NCBI GenBank assembly: GCA_017649845.1
Contig: JAGCFY010000011.1
Span: forward strand, 1-32,787
DNA: 32,787 nt
DNA from: Paludibacteraceae bacterium
Lineage (GTDB): Bacteria; Bacteroidota; Bacteroidia; Bacteroidales; Paludibacteraceae
Direction of reading: 5' to 3'
Shown: piece after piece, positions 9,181 to 17,571 of the stretch
Position numbering within the stretch: position 1 is the stretch's first letter
Layout of the letters: the number at the start of each line of letters is the position of its first letter
Program-made: the position numbers and the translations under genes
Notes under the pieces: generated by a model
Database searches by the model: none
What the model was told of the DNA's origin: nothing
What the model saw: only the letters and a program-made list of their open reading frames with translations

Positions 9181-9224
9181 TTAGTAGGTGATTAGTAGGT
9201 TGTTAGTAGGTTATTAGTAGGTAA
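9181..9224. repeat. Four 11-bp tandem repeats, TTAGTAGGT plus 2 variable nt
   Basis: The units are TTAGTAGGTGA, TTAGTAGGTTG, TTAGTAGGTTA and TTAGTAGGTAA. The 9-nt core is identical in all four. Confidence 0.85.
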
Positions 9225-9347
9225 TTGACGTGCCGTTATACACTTTTTTTACTAAACGAAACGAATTGCCGTTTTTTAAGATAAATATTACGATTAGTCT
9301 TTTTAAAAGTTTATGTTTAGTATTTTATTTCCGATTATTCGCAAATC

Positions 9348-9379
9348 CTTGTGCATTTCAATTAAAAACACTACTTTTG
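9348..9379 (+). promoter_or_regulatory. Bacteroides-type promoter for the glycosyltransferase gene
   Basis: CTTGTGCAT, then an A-run, CAC and TACTTTTG, with 23-nt spacing. It lies about 33 nt upstream of the ATG at 9412. Confidence 0.5.
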
Positions 9380-9411
9380 CCATCGGTTTAACATAAAAGA
9401 TTGGTAAAATT

Positions 9412-10659
9412 ATGAAAATTCTATTTGTTGTAAACAACTATTTTTGTCTAGGGAACGGCCTCGACGAATCTGCAAGAAGAACGGTACAAGCTCTGCGAGA
9501 CGCAGGACAAGATGTCAGGGTGCTTTCCGGACCTAATTTGGAAGATCCTAACGGACCGCATCCTGACTTTGAAATGGCTAATTTCCATTTTCCGCTCATG
9601 CAACCTATGCTCGATTCTTTCGGGTACAGCTATGCTGATTGGCATGGTGCCACTATCGAAGAAGCCGTGCGATGGGCTGATGTGGTGCATCTGGAAGAAA
9701 CTTTTTTCCTGCATCATGCAGCCATGAATTGGGCTAAAAAACTCGGAAAACCGATCACAGGAACATATCACGTGCACCCGGAAAATATCATATTTAATAT
9801 TTTCGGACGCAGAGTTGGTTTCCTGACATGCCAGATTCTCTATCGCTATTGGTGTCGCGTATTCTACGACAACTATCGATACCTCCAGTGTCCTACCGAA
9901 AACGTGCGTGAGCGACTGATGCGACACCGCGTAAAAGCCTCATGTTTCACTCTTTCTAACGGCGTTATTCCGGATAAATGTATTCGGCCCACTACACCGC
10001 CTGAAGACTATTTCGATGAGAATCGGCCGCTCGATCTCATTTATATCGGCCGAACGGCAGTAGAAAAAGATCAACCTACCCTTTACAAAGCCATTCGGCT
10101 CAGCAAATACGCAAAGCGCATCCGCCTTCATATTGCCGGACGAGGACCGAAACTCGACGAATATACGCGCTTGGCGAACAAACTGTTCGAAGATGGTATC
10201 GTCGCATACAAACCTACTGTCGGTTTCTATGATCGCGATCAACTGCGCCAACTAGCCGCACATGCCGATCTCGCTGTACATTGCGCTTTCGTCGAGGTGG
10301 AAGGAATGAGTATTACGGAAGCGATGCAGCAAGCCGTTGTGCCGGTTATTGCTACAGCCCGATATTCCGGAACTGCCTCCTATGCACTCGACGAACGAAG
10401 CATCTTCCCGGCTAAAAACGCTAAAAAACTGGCAGAACAAATAGACTACTGGTTCGATCACCCGCAAGAAAGATGGGAGATGGGATTTAAATATGCCGAG
10501 TCGATGAAGCAGTATGAGATCGCTAACTGTGCGAAAAAACTCATAGAAATGTTCCAAAAAGCCATTATGAATAACGAAAATGAAAAGATTCCTCCTCATA
10601 TTACTATGCTTTCTGCCATTAAGCGCCAAGCCATCAGACTCTACAAAGGTATCGCCTGA
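9412..10659 (+). CDS. GT-B fold glycosyltransferase (family 4/GT1-like)
   Basis: 415 aa. The N-terminus (MKILFVVNNYF...GNGLD) is typical of GT4. A C-terminal EX7E-like motif (VEVEGMSITEAMQ) is present. Confidence 0.85.
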   Translation: MKILFVVNNYFCLGNGLDESARRTVQALRDAGQDVRVLSGPNLEDPNGPHPDFEMANFHFPLMQPMLDSFGYSYADWHGATIEEAVRWADVVHLEETFFLHHAAMNWAKKLGKPITGTYHVHPENIIFNIFGRRVGFLTCQILYRYWCRVFYDNYRYLQCPTENVRERLMRHRVKASCFTLSNGVIPDKCIRPTTPPEDYFDENRPLDLIYIGRTAVEKDQPTLYKAIRLSKYAKRIRLHIAGRGPKLDEYTRLANKLFEDGIVAYKPTVGFYDRDQLRQLAAHADLAVHCAFVEVEGMSITEAMQQAVVPVIATARYSGTASYALDERSIFPAKNAKKLAEQIDYWFDHPQERWEMGFKYAESMKQYEIANCAKKLIEMFQKAIMNNENEKIPPHITMLSAIKRQAIRLYKGIA

Positions 10660-11356
10660 GGTCATTCATTCTCAATGGTTTAGCCATTATGAACAGATTT
10701 ATCGCAGGGTCGATATTTATATCCCTTCTGAACTAATTGACAACCGTTCTGAAACCATAAATAAGTATCCTGTTCTTGTCCTTTTACATGGCATTAACGG
10801 CTATGAAGGGTCTTGGCAGGACAAAGGATTCGCCGTAGATACATTGCGAGCGCTTATCGCTTCAGGACGTTGCCAACCGATGATTCTCGTCATGCCTGAT
10901 TGCAATAAATGGCCGTTCAAAAAACGACCTGTAAACCATGGAAATCTGTGGAAATGTGTAACACATTATGGCAAACTGGCACGAGAACACGAACTCGAAC
11001 ATGCCATAAGTGATCTCATCGACATGATTGATTCCACTTATAACGTATCTTCCTACGCTGTTGCAGGGCTCAGCGATGGAGCCAGAATGGCTGCAAACGT
11101 GGCTAATACACGCCCCGATAAAATCCAATCTGTCGGACTTTTCTCTCCCGTCTTGAGAAAAGAACAACTGCCTAAAGAAGATTCCATAAATTATTGCATC
11201 TACGTCGGTCAAAATGACATGTTCTTTGCAAGCGGAGATCGGTTTCGCAGACGATTAAACAAAGCAAAATACCCTTATCAATGGATGGTCTTTCCAGGAC
11301 ATCACAATTGGAAAATGTGGAGAAAATGCCTGGCGGATTTCTTGGGAAAAATATAA
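10580..11356 (+). CDS. Secreted alpha/beta-hydrolase, esterase family
   Basis: 258 aa with the signal peptide MKRFLLILLCFLPLSA, the oxyanion region VLVLLHGINGYEGSW and the nucleophile elbow GLSDG. Confidence 0.8.
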   Translation: MKRFLLILLCFLPLSAKPSDSTKVSPEVIHSQWFSHYEQIYRRVDIYIPSELIDNRSETINKYPVLVLLHGINGYEGSWQDKGFAVDTLRALIASGRCQPMILVMPDCNKWPFKKRPVNHGNLWKCVTHYGKLAREHELEHAISDLIDMIDSTYNVSSYAVAGLSDGARMAANVANTRPDKIQSVGLFSPVLRKEQLPKEDSINYCIYVGQNDMFFASGDRFRRRLNKAKYPYQWMVFPGHHNWKMWRKCLADFLGKI

Positions 11357-11372
11357 CTTTAAAAAGCCCATC

Positions 11373-11398
11373 AGCGTCGCTCCGGCGGCGCTTTTTTT
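11373..11398 (+). terminator. Rho-independent terminator after the esterase gene
   Basis: 8-bp stem AGCGTCGC/GCGGCGCT with one G-U pair, loop TCCG, followed by a T7 run. Confidence 0.75.
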
Positions 11399-11417
11399 GT
11401 ATAAAAATATACAAACG

Positions 11418-11449
11418 CTTGCATATATAAAAAAAAAGTTGTAAATTTG
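11418..11449 (+). promoter_or_regulatory. Bacteroides-type promoter for the mreB cluster
   Basis: CTTGCATAT, then A9, GTTG and TAAATTTG, with 23-nt spacing. It lies about 84 nt upstream of the mreB ATG. Confidence 0.55.
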
Positions 11450-11532
11450 CACGATTTTTCATATTCTGCATTGATGTGTGCTTTTGAAAGACATCTTTTA
11501 TAGGAACGGAAAATTTAAATTTACAATTAGAT

Positions 11533-12552
11533 ATGGGACTTTTTTCTTTTACTCAAGAGATTGCTATCGACCTCGGTACGGCGAACACTATCATCATGTG
11601 CGATGACAAGATTGTGGTGGATGAGCCTTCGGTAGTGGCTATCTCTATGGCGGACAACAAAATGGTGGCCGTCGGCCGTAAGGCGCAACAGATGATTGGT
11701 AAAGGAGGATCGATGATCCGTACGGTTCGACCTCTCCGAGACGGTGTCATTGCCGATTTCTATGCATGTGAGATGATGATACGCGGTATGATCAAGATGA
11801 TTCCGAAGCAGGCACGCCTGTTCTCTCCGTCTATCCGTATGGTGATATGTATCCCTTCCGGATCAACTGAAGTCGAGATTCGTGCCGTGCGCGATAGTTC
11901 CGAGCATGCAGGCGGACGCGATGTGTATATGATATACGAACCGATGGCTGCGGCGATTGGTATCGGTCTGGATGTGGAAAGCCCGGAAGGATGTATGATT
12001 GTCGATATAGGTGGTGGTACTACCGAGATTGCTGTCATCTCCCTTGGAGGTATTGTTTCCAATAAATCCATCAAAATCGCCGGTGACGATTTTAACCAGG
12101 ATATCATCGAATACATGGGACGTATGCACAACCTCCGTATTGACGAACCGACTGCGGAGCGAATCAAAATCCAGGTTGGTTCTGCACTTCCTGAATTGGA
12201 AGATGCACCCGAAGATTTCGTGGTTGTCGGTCCGAATAAAGTGACGGCGCTGCCGATGTCTGTTCCTGTCAGCTATCAGGAGATCGCACATTGCCTCGAG
12301 AAGAGCGTTAGCAAGATTGAGGGTGCTATCCTGCAGGCTCTCGAATCTACCCCGCCTGAGCTCTATTCCGATATCGTCAAACGTGGTATCTATCTTACCG
12401 GAGGTGGAGCTTTGCTCCATGGCTTGGCAAAACGTCTTACCGATAAGATCACTATTCAGTTCCACGTAGCAGACGATCCTTTGCACTCTGTTGCACATGG
12501 TACAGGCGTTGCCCTGAAGAACGTGAATAACTTTGGCTTCCTGCTCCGCTAA
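11533..12552 (+). CDS. mreB: Rod shape-determining actin homologue MreB
   Basis: 339 aa with the actin-fold phosphate motifs IDLGTANT and VDIGGGTTEIAV. Confidence 0.95.
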   Translation: MGLFSFTQEIAIDLGTANTIIMCDDKIVVDEPSVVAISMADNKMVAVGRKAQQMIGKGGSMIRTVRPLRDGVIADFYACEMMIRGMIKMIPKQARLFSPSIRMVICIPSGSTEVEIRAVRDSSEHAGGRDVYMIYEPMAAAIGIGLDVESPEGCMIVDIGGGTTEIAVISLGGIVSNKSIKIAGDDFNQDIIEYMGRMHNLRIDEPTAERIKIQVGSALPELEDAPEDFVVVGPNKVTALPMSVPVSYQEIAHCLEKSVSKIEGAILQALESTPPELYSDIVKRGIYLTGGGALLHGLAKRLTDKITIQFHVADDPLHSVAHGTGVALKNVNNFGFLLR

Positions 12553-12565
12553 TAAATAGCGATAT

Positions 12566-13357
12566 ATGCAGACGCTGCTGAAAATACTGGTGCGCTATAG
12601 CAACTTCCTCGTGTTCATCGCCTTGGAAGTTGCTGCGTTTTTGCTGCTCAGTTGGAATAACGTATACCCAAGAAGCAGTCTTCTCAGTACTGCCAACAAT
12701 GTGGTAGCATGGCAGCATCAGCAGATTAGCGAAATAAAAGCTTACTTCTCTCTGCGAACGCAAAACGAACTGCTGGCTGCAGAGAATGCCGAACTGAGAA
12801 ATCAGATTTGTTCGATGGATTCGGCAAAAACTGGAGATGCCATCCATTATGTTCCCGCCAAAGTCGTACAGATGACTACGAACGAATTGCATAACTATCT
12901 TACCATCAATCGAGGAAGCAAAGATGGCATACAACGCGGGCAGGGAATCCGTAACGAAGATGGTGTTGTGGGTATCGTGCGTACGGTCGGGCGAAATTAT
13001 AGCGTAGTGCTACCGGTCATCAACACGCATACCAATCTCAGTTGTCGGTTTGCGAAAAATGACTATATTGGTACGCTACAATGGGATGGAAAGGATAGCC
13101 GGTTTGCGCAGCTTACGGATGTGGCGGCACATATGGTCGTGAACCCGGGAGACACAATTATAACAAGCGGACTAAGTCCCGTATTCCCGGAAGGAATTCC
13201 CGTTGGAATCGTGGAAAATAGCATCTTGAAGGAAGGCGATTCTTACTACACTATCAGAGTGCGACTCTATACCAACTTCAAACGGCTGAAATACGTAGAA
13301 GTGGTTCAAAACGCCGCGCAACAAGAACTGGAGGAACTGGAAAATGGATTGGACTAA
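12566..13357 (+). CDS. mreC: Rod shape-determining protein MreC
   Basis: 263 aa with an N-terminal TM segment, a coiled region and a beta-rich C-terminus (GDTIITSGLSPVFPEGIPVG). Its position after mreB supports the call. Confidence 0.9.
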   Translation: MQTLLKILVRYSNFLVFIALEVAAFLLLSWNNVYPRSSLLSTANNVVAWQHQQISEIKAYFSLRTQNELLAAENAELRNQICSMDSAKTGDAIHYVPAKVVQMTTNELHNYLTINRGSKDGIQRGQGIRNEDGVVGIVRTVGRNYSVVLPVINTHTNLSCRFAKNDYIGTLQWDGKDSRFAQLTDVAAHMVVNPGDTIITSGLSPVFPEGIPVGIVENSILKEGDSYYTIRVRLYTNFKRLKYVEVVQNAAQQELEELENGLD

Positions 13358-13838
13358 ACAGTTGGGGCGGTATATCTTGGTAATGGTACTGCAAGTCTTG
13401 CTTTTTGACCAATTGCAGTTACTCGGCGTTTGTCATCCGTATATTTACGTGCTCTGTCTTTTGATGATGCCTATCACGCTACCTCATTCCGTAGATATGC
13501 TCATCGGCGCAGCTGTAGGATTGATCATGGATATCTTCTGCAATTCCCTCGGTGTACATACCGCTGCCTGTATCTTCATCATGTTTATTCGACCTTATTT
13601 GCTGGGAGCTATCGTAAGTGATAAAGACCGTTTGAACGAACAAATCAGTCTCCACTCCATTGGTATGGAGGCTCTCATCAAATATGTGGTGATTCTGGTA
13701 CTCGTTCATCATCTTACCGTTTTCTCTCTGGCAGCATGGAGCTGGTATCATATAGGCTTTGTGCTACTCGAAACATTGGTAAGCAGTCTTATAACGATTC
13801 TTATTATTATAGGATATAATGCCCTGAGATACAGATGA
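13344..13838 (+). CDS. mreD: Rod shape-determining protein MreD
   Basis: 164-aa polytopic membrane protein located between mreC and mrdA. It overlaps mreC by 14 nt and mrdA by 4 nt. Confidence 0.75.
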   Translation: MDWTKQLGRYILVMVLQVLLFDQLQLLGVCHPYIYVLCLLMMPITLPHSVDMLIGAAVGLIMDIFCNSLGVHTAACIFIMFIRPYLLGAIVSDKDRLNEQISLHSIGMEALIKYVVILVLVHHLTVFSLAAWSWYHIGFVLLETLVSSLITILIIIGYNALRYR

Positions 13839-15673
13839 TTAACGACCAATACTATAGACGCCGATTTGTTATCAGCGGCATTGCTGTTGCTGTGGTGTTG
13901 GTGTATGTTATCCGGCTTTTTTACCTGCAAGTTATTGACCAATCAACAAAAGACCAAGCGGATAACAACGCTTTGGTCAAACAGACTATTTACCCTTCTC
14001 GTGGACTGATATACGATCGAAACGGAGAATTACTCGTTTTTAATCAACCTATCTATGAAATCACGATGACTATGCGTGATATGGGAAAAGACTGGGATAC
14101 TACCGGTTTCTGCAGATGCCTGCAAATCACACGGGAGGAGTTTGATGAACGGATTGCAGAGATCAAAGATAAACGGAAGAACAGAGGGTATTCCAAATAT
14201 ACACCGCAGGTGTTCATTGGCCAGTTGAAAAAAGAAGACATTGCTACCTTGCAGGAATCTCTCGTCTTCTATCCGGGTATCCAAATCCAGAAACGCACGC
14301 TTCGGGACTATACCTATAAAGCTGCAGCACATGTCTTGGGATCCGTAGGAGAAGTGAACCTGAACGATATTGATCGCGATAACTATTACACCCGGGGAGA
14401 TTACTCCGGGCGAGATGGATTGGAGCGGACTTACGAGAAACAACTGCGCGGCGAGAAAGGTGTAGAAGTGCTCATGCGCGATTCCAAAGGGCGCATGCAA
14501 GGCAGTTATCAGAACGGAGAGATGGATAGAACGGCTGTGGCCGGAACGGATTTGTACACCACGCTGGATATCCAATTACAGTTGCTGGCAGAAGAGTTAC
14601 TAGCCGGCAAAATAGGTAGTGCCGTAGCAATTGAACCCAAGACCGGTGAGATATTGGCATTAGCTTCCAATCCGGGATGGAATCCGAAAGTGCTGGTAGG
14701 AAAAGAGCGAAGCAAAAACTATGGTATTCTGCTAAACGATAAAACCAAGCCGCTGTTGAACAGAGCCACGCAAGCCACCTATTCTCCCGGTTCAACATTT
14801 AAGACTATTCAGTCGCTTGTCTGTCTGGAACAAGGCGCTATCACACCGAATACCCTTTATCCCTGTTCCGGTCCGGGTAGTACACCTATCAAATGCACGC
14901 ACCACCATGGATCTCCTGTGGCTTTGGATCGCGCTATTGAGCAAAGTTGCAACCCATATTTCTGGTGCGCTTTCCGTGACCTGCTGCAGAAAGACGGATA
15001 CGGTAAAGACAATGAGAATTTCAGACATCGATACGAGTTATGGAGAGAGGCCGTGATGCAGTTTGGATTAGGGCAGAAGTTTACCGATACGGATTTGGGA
15101 GAGCAGTCTTCAGGAAGTATTCCATCCACCAAATATTACGATCGGGCTTATGGCAAAATAGGATGGAAAGCCATCACCATCCGTTCTTTAAGTATCGGGC
15201 AAGGTGAAGTGCTGGTAACTCCTCTGCAACTGGCGAATCAGGTTGCCACTATCGCCAACGGAGGCTATTATATCTCGCCGCATCTGAATAAAAATGACTC
15301 CATGCTCGCGCATGTTCATCAACTGGATATCGATAAAAAACATTTTGAGGTAGTCCAAAATGGTATGCAGCGTGTGATGATATATGGTACCGGACGCCAT
15401 TTTGCGATTGATAGTCTGCATATGGCCGGCAAAACCGGAACTGTACAAAATCCTCATGGACGGGATCATGCCATCTTTATCGGGTTTGCACCGGCGGATA
15501 ATCCGCAGATAGCAGTAGCTGTGGTGGTAGAAAATGCTGGCTTTGGTGCTACATGGGCTGCACCTATAGCCAGCATGATGATGGAGCAATACCTTACAGG
15601 AGAAGTGAAACGAAAAGATCTGAAACATCGGATCGCAAGCAGTGTATTGAATGAGAGCGTCAAGAAGTGGTAA
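13835..15673 (+). CDS. mrdA: Penicillin-binding protein 2 (elongasome transpeptidase)
   Basis: 612 aa with an N-terminal TM segment and the SXXK (SPGSTFK), SXN (SCN) and KTG (GKTGT) motifs. Confidence 0.9.
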   Translation: MINDQYYRRRFVISGIAVAVVLVYVIRLFYLQVIDQSTKDQADNNALVKQTIYPSRGLIYDRNGELLVFNQPIYEITMTMRDMGKDWDTTGFCRCLQITREEFDERIAEIKDKRKNRGYSKYTPQVFIGQLKKEDIATLQESLVFYPGIQIQKRTLRDYTYKAAAHVLGSVGEVNLNDIDRDNYYTRGDYSGRDGLERTYEKQLRGEKGVEVLMRDSKGRMQGSYQNGEMDRTAVAGTDLYTTLDIQLQLLAEELLAGKIGSAVAIEPKTGEILALASNPGWNPKVLVGKERSKNYGILLNDKTKPLLNRATQATYSPGSTFKTIQSLVCLEQGAITPNTLYPCSGPGSTPIKCTHHHGSPVALDRAIEQSCNPYFWCAFRDLLQKDGYGKDNENFRHRYELWREAVMQFGLGQKFTDTDLGEQSSGSIPSTKYYDRAYGKIGWKAITIRSLSIGQGEVLVTPLQLANQVATIANGGYYISPHLNKNDSMLAHVHQLDIDKKHFEVVQNGMQRVMIYGTGRHFAIDSLHMAGKTGTVQNPHGRDHAIFIGFAPADNPQIAVAVVVENAGFGATWAAPIASMMMEQYLTGEVKRKDLKHRIASSVLNESVKKW

Positions 15674-17114
15674 CATATTGCAGAATGTCGATTGGATCAC
15701 CATCGGTCTTTTCCTGGCACTGACTTTCTTCGGTTGGCTTAATATCTATGGCGCCAGCTATACTTTTGACCAAACGAGTATCTTCGATTTTGCCAATCGT
15801 GCCGGTAAGCAATTCACATGGATAATGGGTTCGTTGGTAATGGGAGGAATATTGCTGATGATTGATTACAAGACCTACGATGTACTTGCATACATTGCAT
15901 ACGGACTGATGATATTACTACTATTGGCTACGCCTTTCTTGGCCCATGATATCAAAGGTTCTTTATCCTGGATCTCATTAGGTCCTGTCAATCTGCAACC
16001 GGCTGAGTTTGCCAAGTGTATTGTAGCGCTAGCGGTAGCCAAATACATGGGACGATATGACTATAAGATACGAACTTGGCGCGATCTCATCGTACCTTTT
16101 GTGCTAATTGGTGTACCGGCACTCATCATCATGGTGCTGCAAAAAGAAACAGGTTCTGCGCTCGTTTTTGCCGCTTTCCTTCTTGTTTTCTATCGTCAGG
16201 GCATGAGCGGTTATGTGCTATGGATAGGTGTAGCGGCTGTAGCATTGTTTATCATCAGTATCCGCTGGGGAGGATTAGCATTGCCTCTCGGCAGCGGAAA
16301 CGTAGGCATCTTAACTTGCATGCTGATACTGACAGTCATAGAGATCTTTTTTATCTGCAAGGAACACAGGATGCGCTGGCAGGCACTTATATTAACCGGC
16401 AGTGTGGCACTGATCTACGGTATCTGCCTGATCGTTAACATATGGTTCACCGTACCTTTTGACTGGGTTTCAATGGGCATAGTGGTAGCACTTGTCTTTT
16501 ATAATATCTTTGTCAGTATCTACTGGCGCAAGTATTTGTTGCTGCTCGTAGCAGCATTCACATTGTTTGGTGTCGGCTATACGCATGCTTGCGATTTCGT
16601 TTTCAACAAAGTGCTGCAACCCCACCAACGTATCCGTATTGAAGTTCTTTTGGGTATGAAAGAAGATCCGGCAGGAGCAGGATACAATGTTAATCAAGCG
16701 CGTATAGCGGTAGGATCCGGAAGGTTCTTCGGAAAAGGATACCTCAAGGGAACACAGACAAAACTGCAGTTTGTGCCCGAACAAGATACAGACTTCATCT
16801 TCTGCACCGTAGGAGAAGAGTGGGGATTCGTAGGTTCGCTCGGCGTGCTGATAGTCTACCTGTTCTTTATACTGAGACTGATAGAGATTGCGGAGCGGCA
16901 ACGCAACGTGACAACTCAGATATATGCTTATGCGGTGGCGAGTATCTTCCTTTTCCATCTTACGATTAACGTAGGTATGGTATTGGGATTGCTGCCGGTA
17001 ATCGGTATCCCGCTACCGTTCTTTAGTTATGGCGGTAGTTCATTATGGGGCTTTACGCTATTGCTATTTATCCTGCTACGGCTGGACGCTGCTCGTATGG
17101 AGCAACTTAGATAG
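15651..17114 (+). CDS. rodA: SEDS-family peptidoglycan polymerase RodA
   Basis: 487-aa polytopic protein with the SEDS blocks FVPEQDTDFIFC and LPFFSYGGSS. Confidence 0.9.
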   Translation: MRASRSGNILQNVDWITIGLFLALTFFGWLNIYGASYTFDQTSIFDFANRAGKQFTWIMGSLVMGGILLMIDYKTYDVLAYIAYGLMILLLLATPFLAHDIKGSLSWISLGPVNLQPAEFAKCIVALAVAKYMGRYDYKIRTWRDLIVPFVLIGVPALIIMVLQKETGSALVFAAFLLVFYRQGMSGYVLWIGVAAVALFIISIRWGGLALPLGSGNVGILTCMLILTVIEIFFICKEHRMRWQALILTGSVALIYGICLIVNIWFTVPFDWVSMGIVVALVFYNIFVSIYWRKYLLLLVAAFTLFGVGYTHACDFVFNKVLQPHQRIRIEVLLGMKEDPAGAGYNVNQARIAVGSGRFFGKGYLKGTQTKLQFVPEQDTDFIFCTVGEEWGFVGSLGVLIVYLFFILRLIEIAERQRNVTTQIYAYAVASIFLFHLTINVGMVLGLLPVIGIPLPFFSYGGSSLWGFTLLLFILLRLDAARMEQLR

Positions 17115-17118
17115 GAGT

Positions 17119-17571
17119 ATGTTTGTTACAGATCCCATAGGAATTATCGGTGAGACGGAAGCCGCCAGAATGCTGGAAGCAAAAGGATTTAAGATCTTGG
17201 AGCACAACTGGCGAATGGGGCATTTGGAAGTAGACCTGATCGCTGCCAACAAGACCGAGATTGTGTTTGCGGAAGTCAAAGCACGTACATCTACGTTTGG
17301 AAACAGAATGCCAGAAGAATATGTGGATGAGAATAAAAAACGAAGGATGACTGCTGCGGCCAACGCTTACATAAAATATCATAAAATAGAAAAAACACCT
17401 CGGTTTGATATCATCGGCCTGATCGTTCACCCGCAAACAGGAGAAATTACGTACCGAGGTCACCTGGAAAATGCATTCATGCCACGGTTGAGGACTATTC
17501 ACGCCAATAGTTTTAGCGGAGTATTGGGATGGCATCATCGGGGACATACGATAGGTAGAAAGAAAAAATGA
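17119..17571 (+). CDS. yraN: YraN-family (UPF0102) endonuclease-like protein
   Basis: Start re-picked at the ATG at codon 31 of track ORF 17029, because the upstream part overlaps rodA. The motifs GHLEVDLIA and IVFAEVKAR are typical of YraN. The stop overlaps the mnmG start (ATGA). Confidence 0.75.
   Translation: MFVTDPIGIIGETEAARMLEAKGFKILEHNWRMGHLEVDLIAANKTEIVFAEVKARTSTFGNRMPEEYVDENKKRRMTAAANAYIKYHKIEKTPRFDIIGLIVHPQTGEITYRGHLENAFMPRLRTIHANSFSGVLGWHHRGHTIGRKKK

Noticed and set aside
9181-9224. The tandem repeats considered as a possible CRISPR array.
   Set aside because: The units are 11 bp and directly adjacent, with only 2-nt linkers and no spacers. No cas genes are present anywhere in the window.
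8910-9411. A possible invertible (phase-variable) promoter of the Bacteroides fimS/Mpi type upstream of the glycosyltransferase; the 23762-24231 gap was considered for the same reason.
   Set aside because: I found no pair of long inverted repeats flanking either promoter, and no site-specific recombinase gene is nearby. The inverted repeats present are short local hairpins.
8871-11356. A possible genomic island or integrative element inserted at tRNA-Asn, carrying the odd intergenic region plus the glycosyltransferase and esterase genes.
   Set aside because: There is no integrase, recombinase or mobility gene. I could not find a direct repeat of the tRNA 3' end (GGTTCAAGTCCTAGAGGGAGCG) downstream. 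The composition looks similar to the flanks by eye. A whole-genome comparison would be needed to exclude an old, decayed insertion.
17029-17118. N-terminal extensions in the ORF track: 17029 (yraN), 19451 (apt, TTG start), 24875 (TonB_C protein) and 27966 (aldo/keto reductase).
   Set aside because: Each extension overlaps the 3' end of the preceding gene or encodes non-homologous sequence. An internal ATG gives an N-terminus that matches the family: 17119, 19514, 24899 and 28065 (or 28071).
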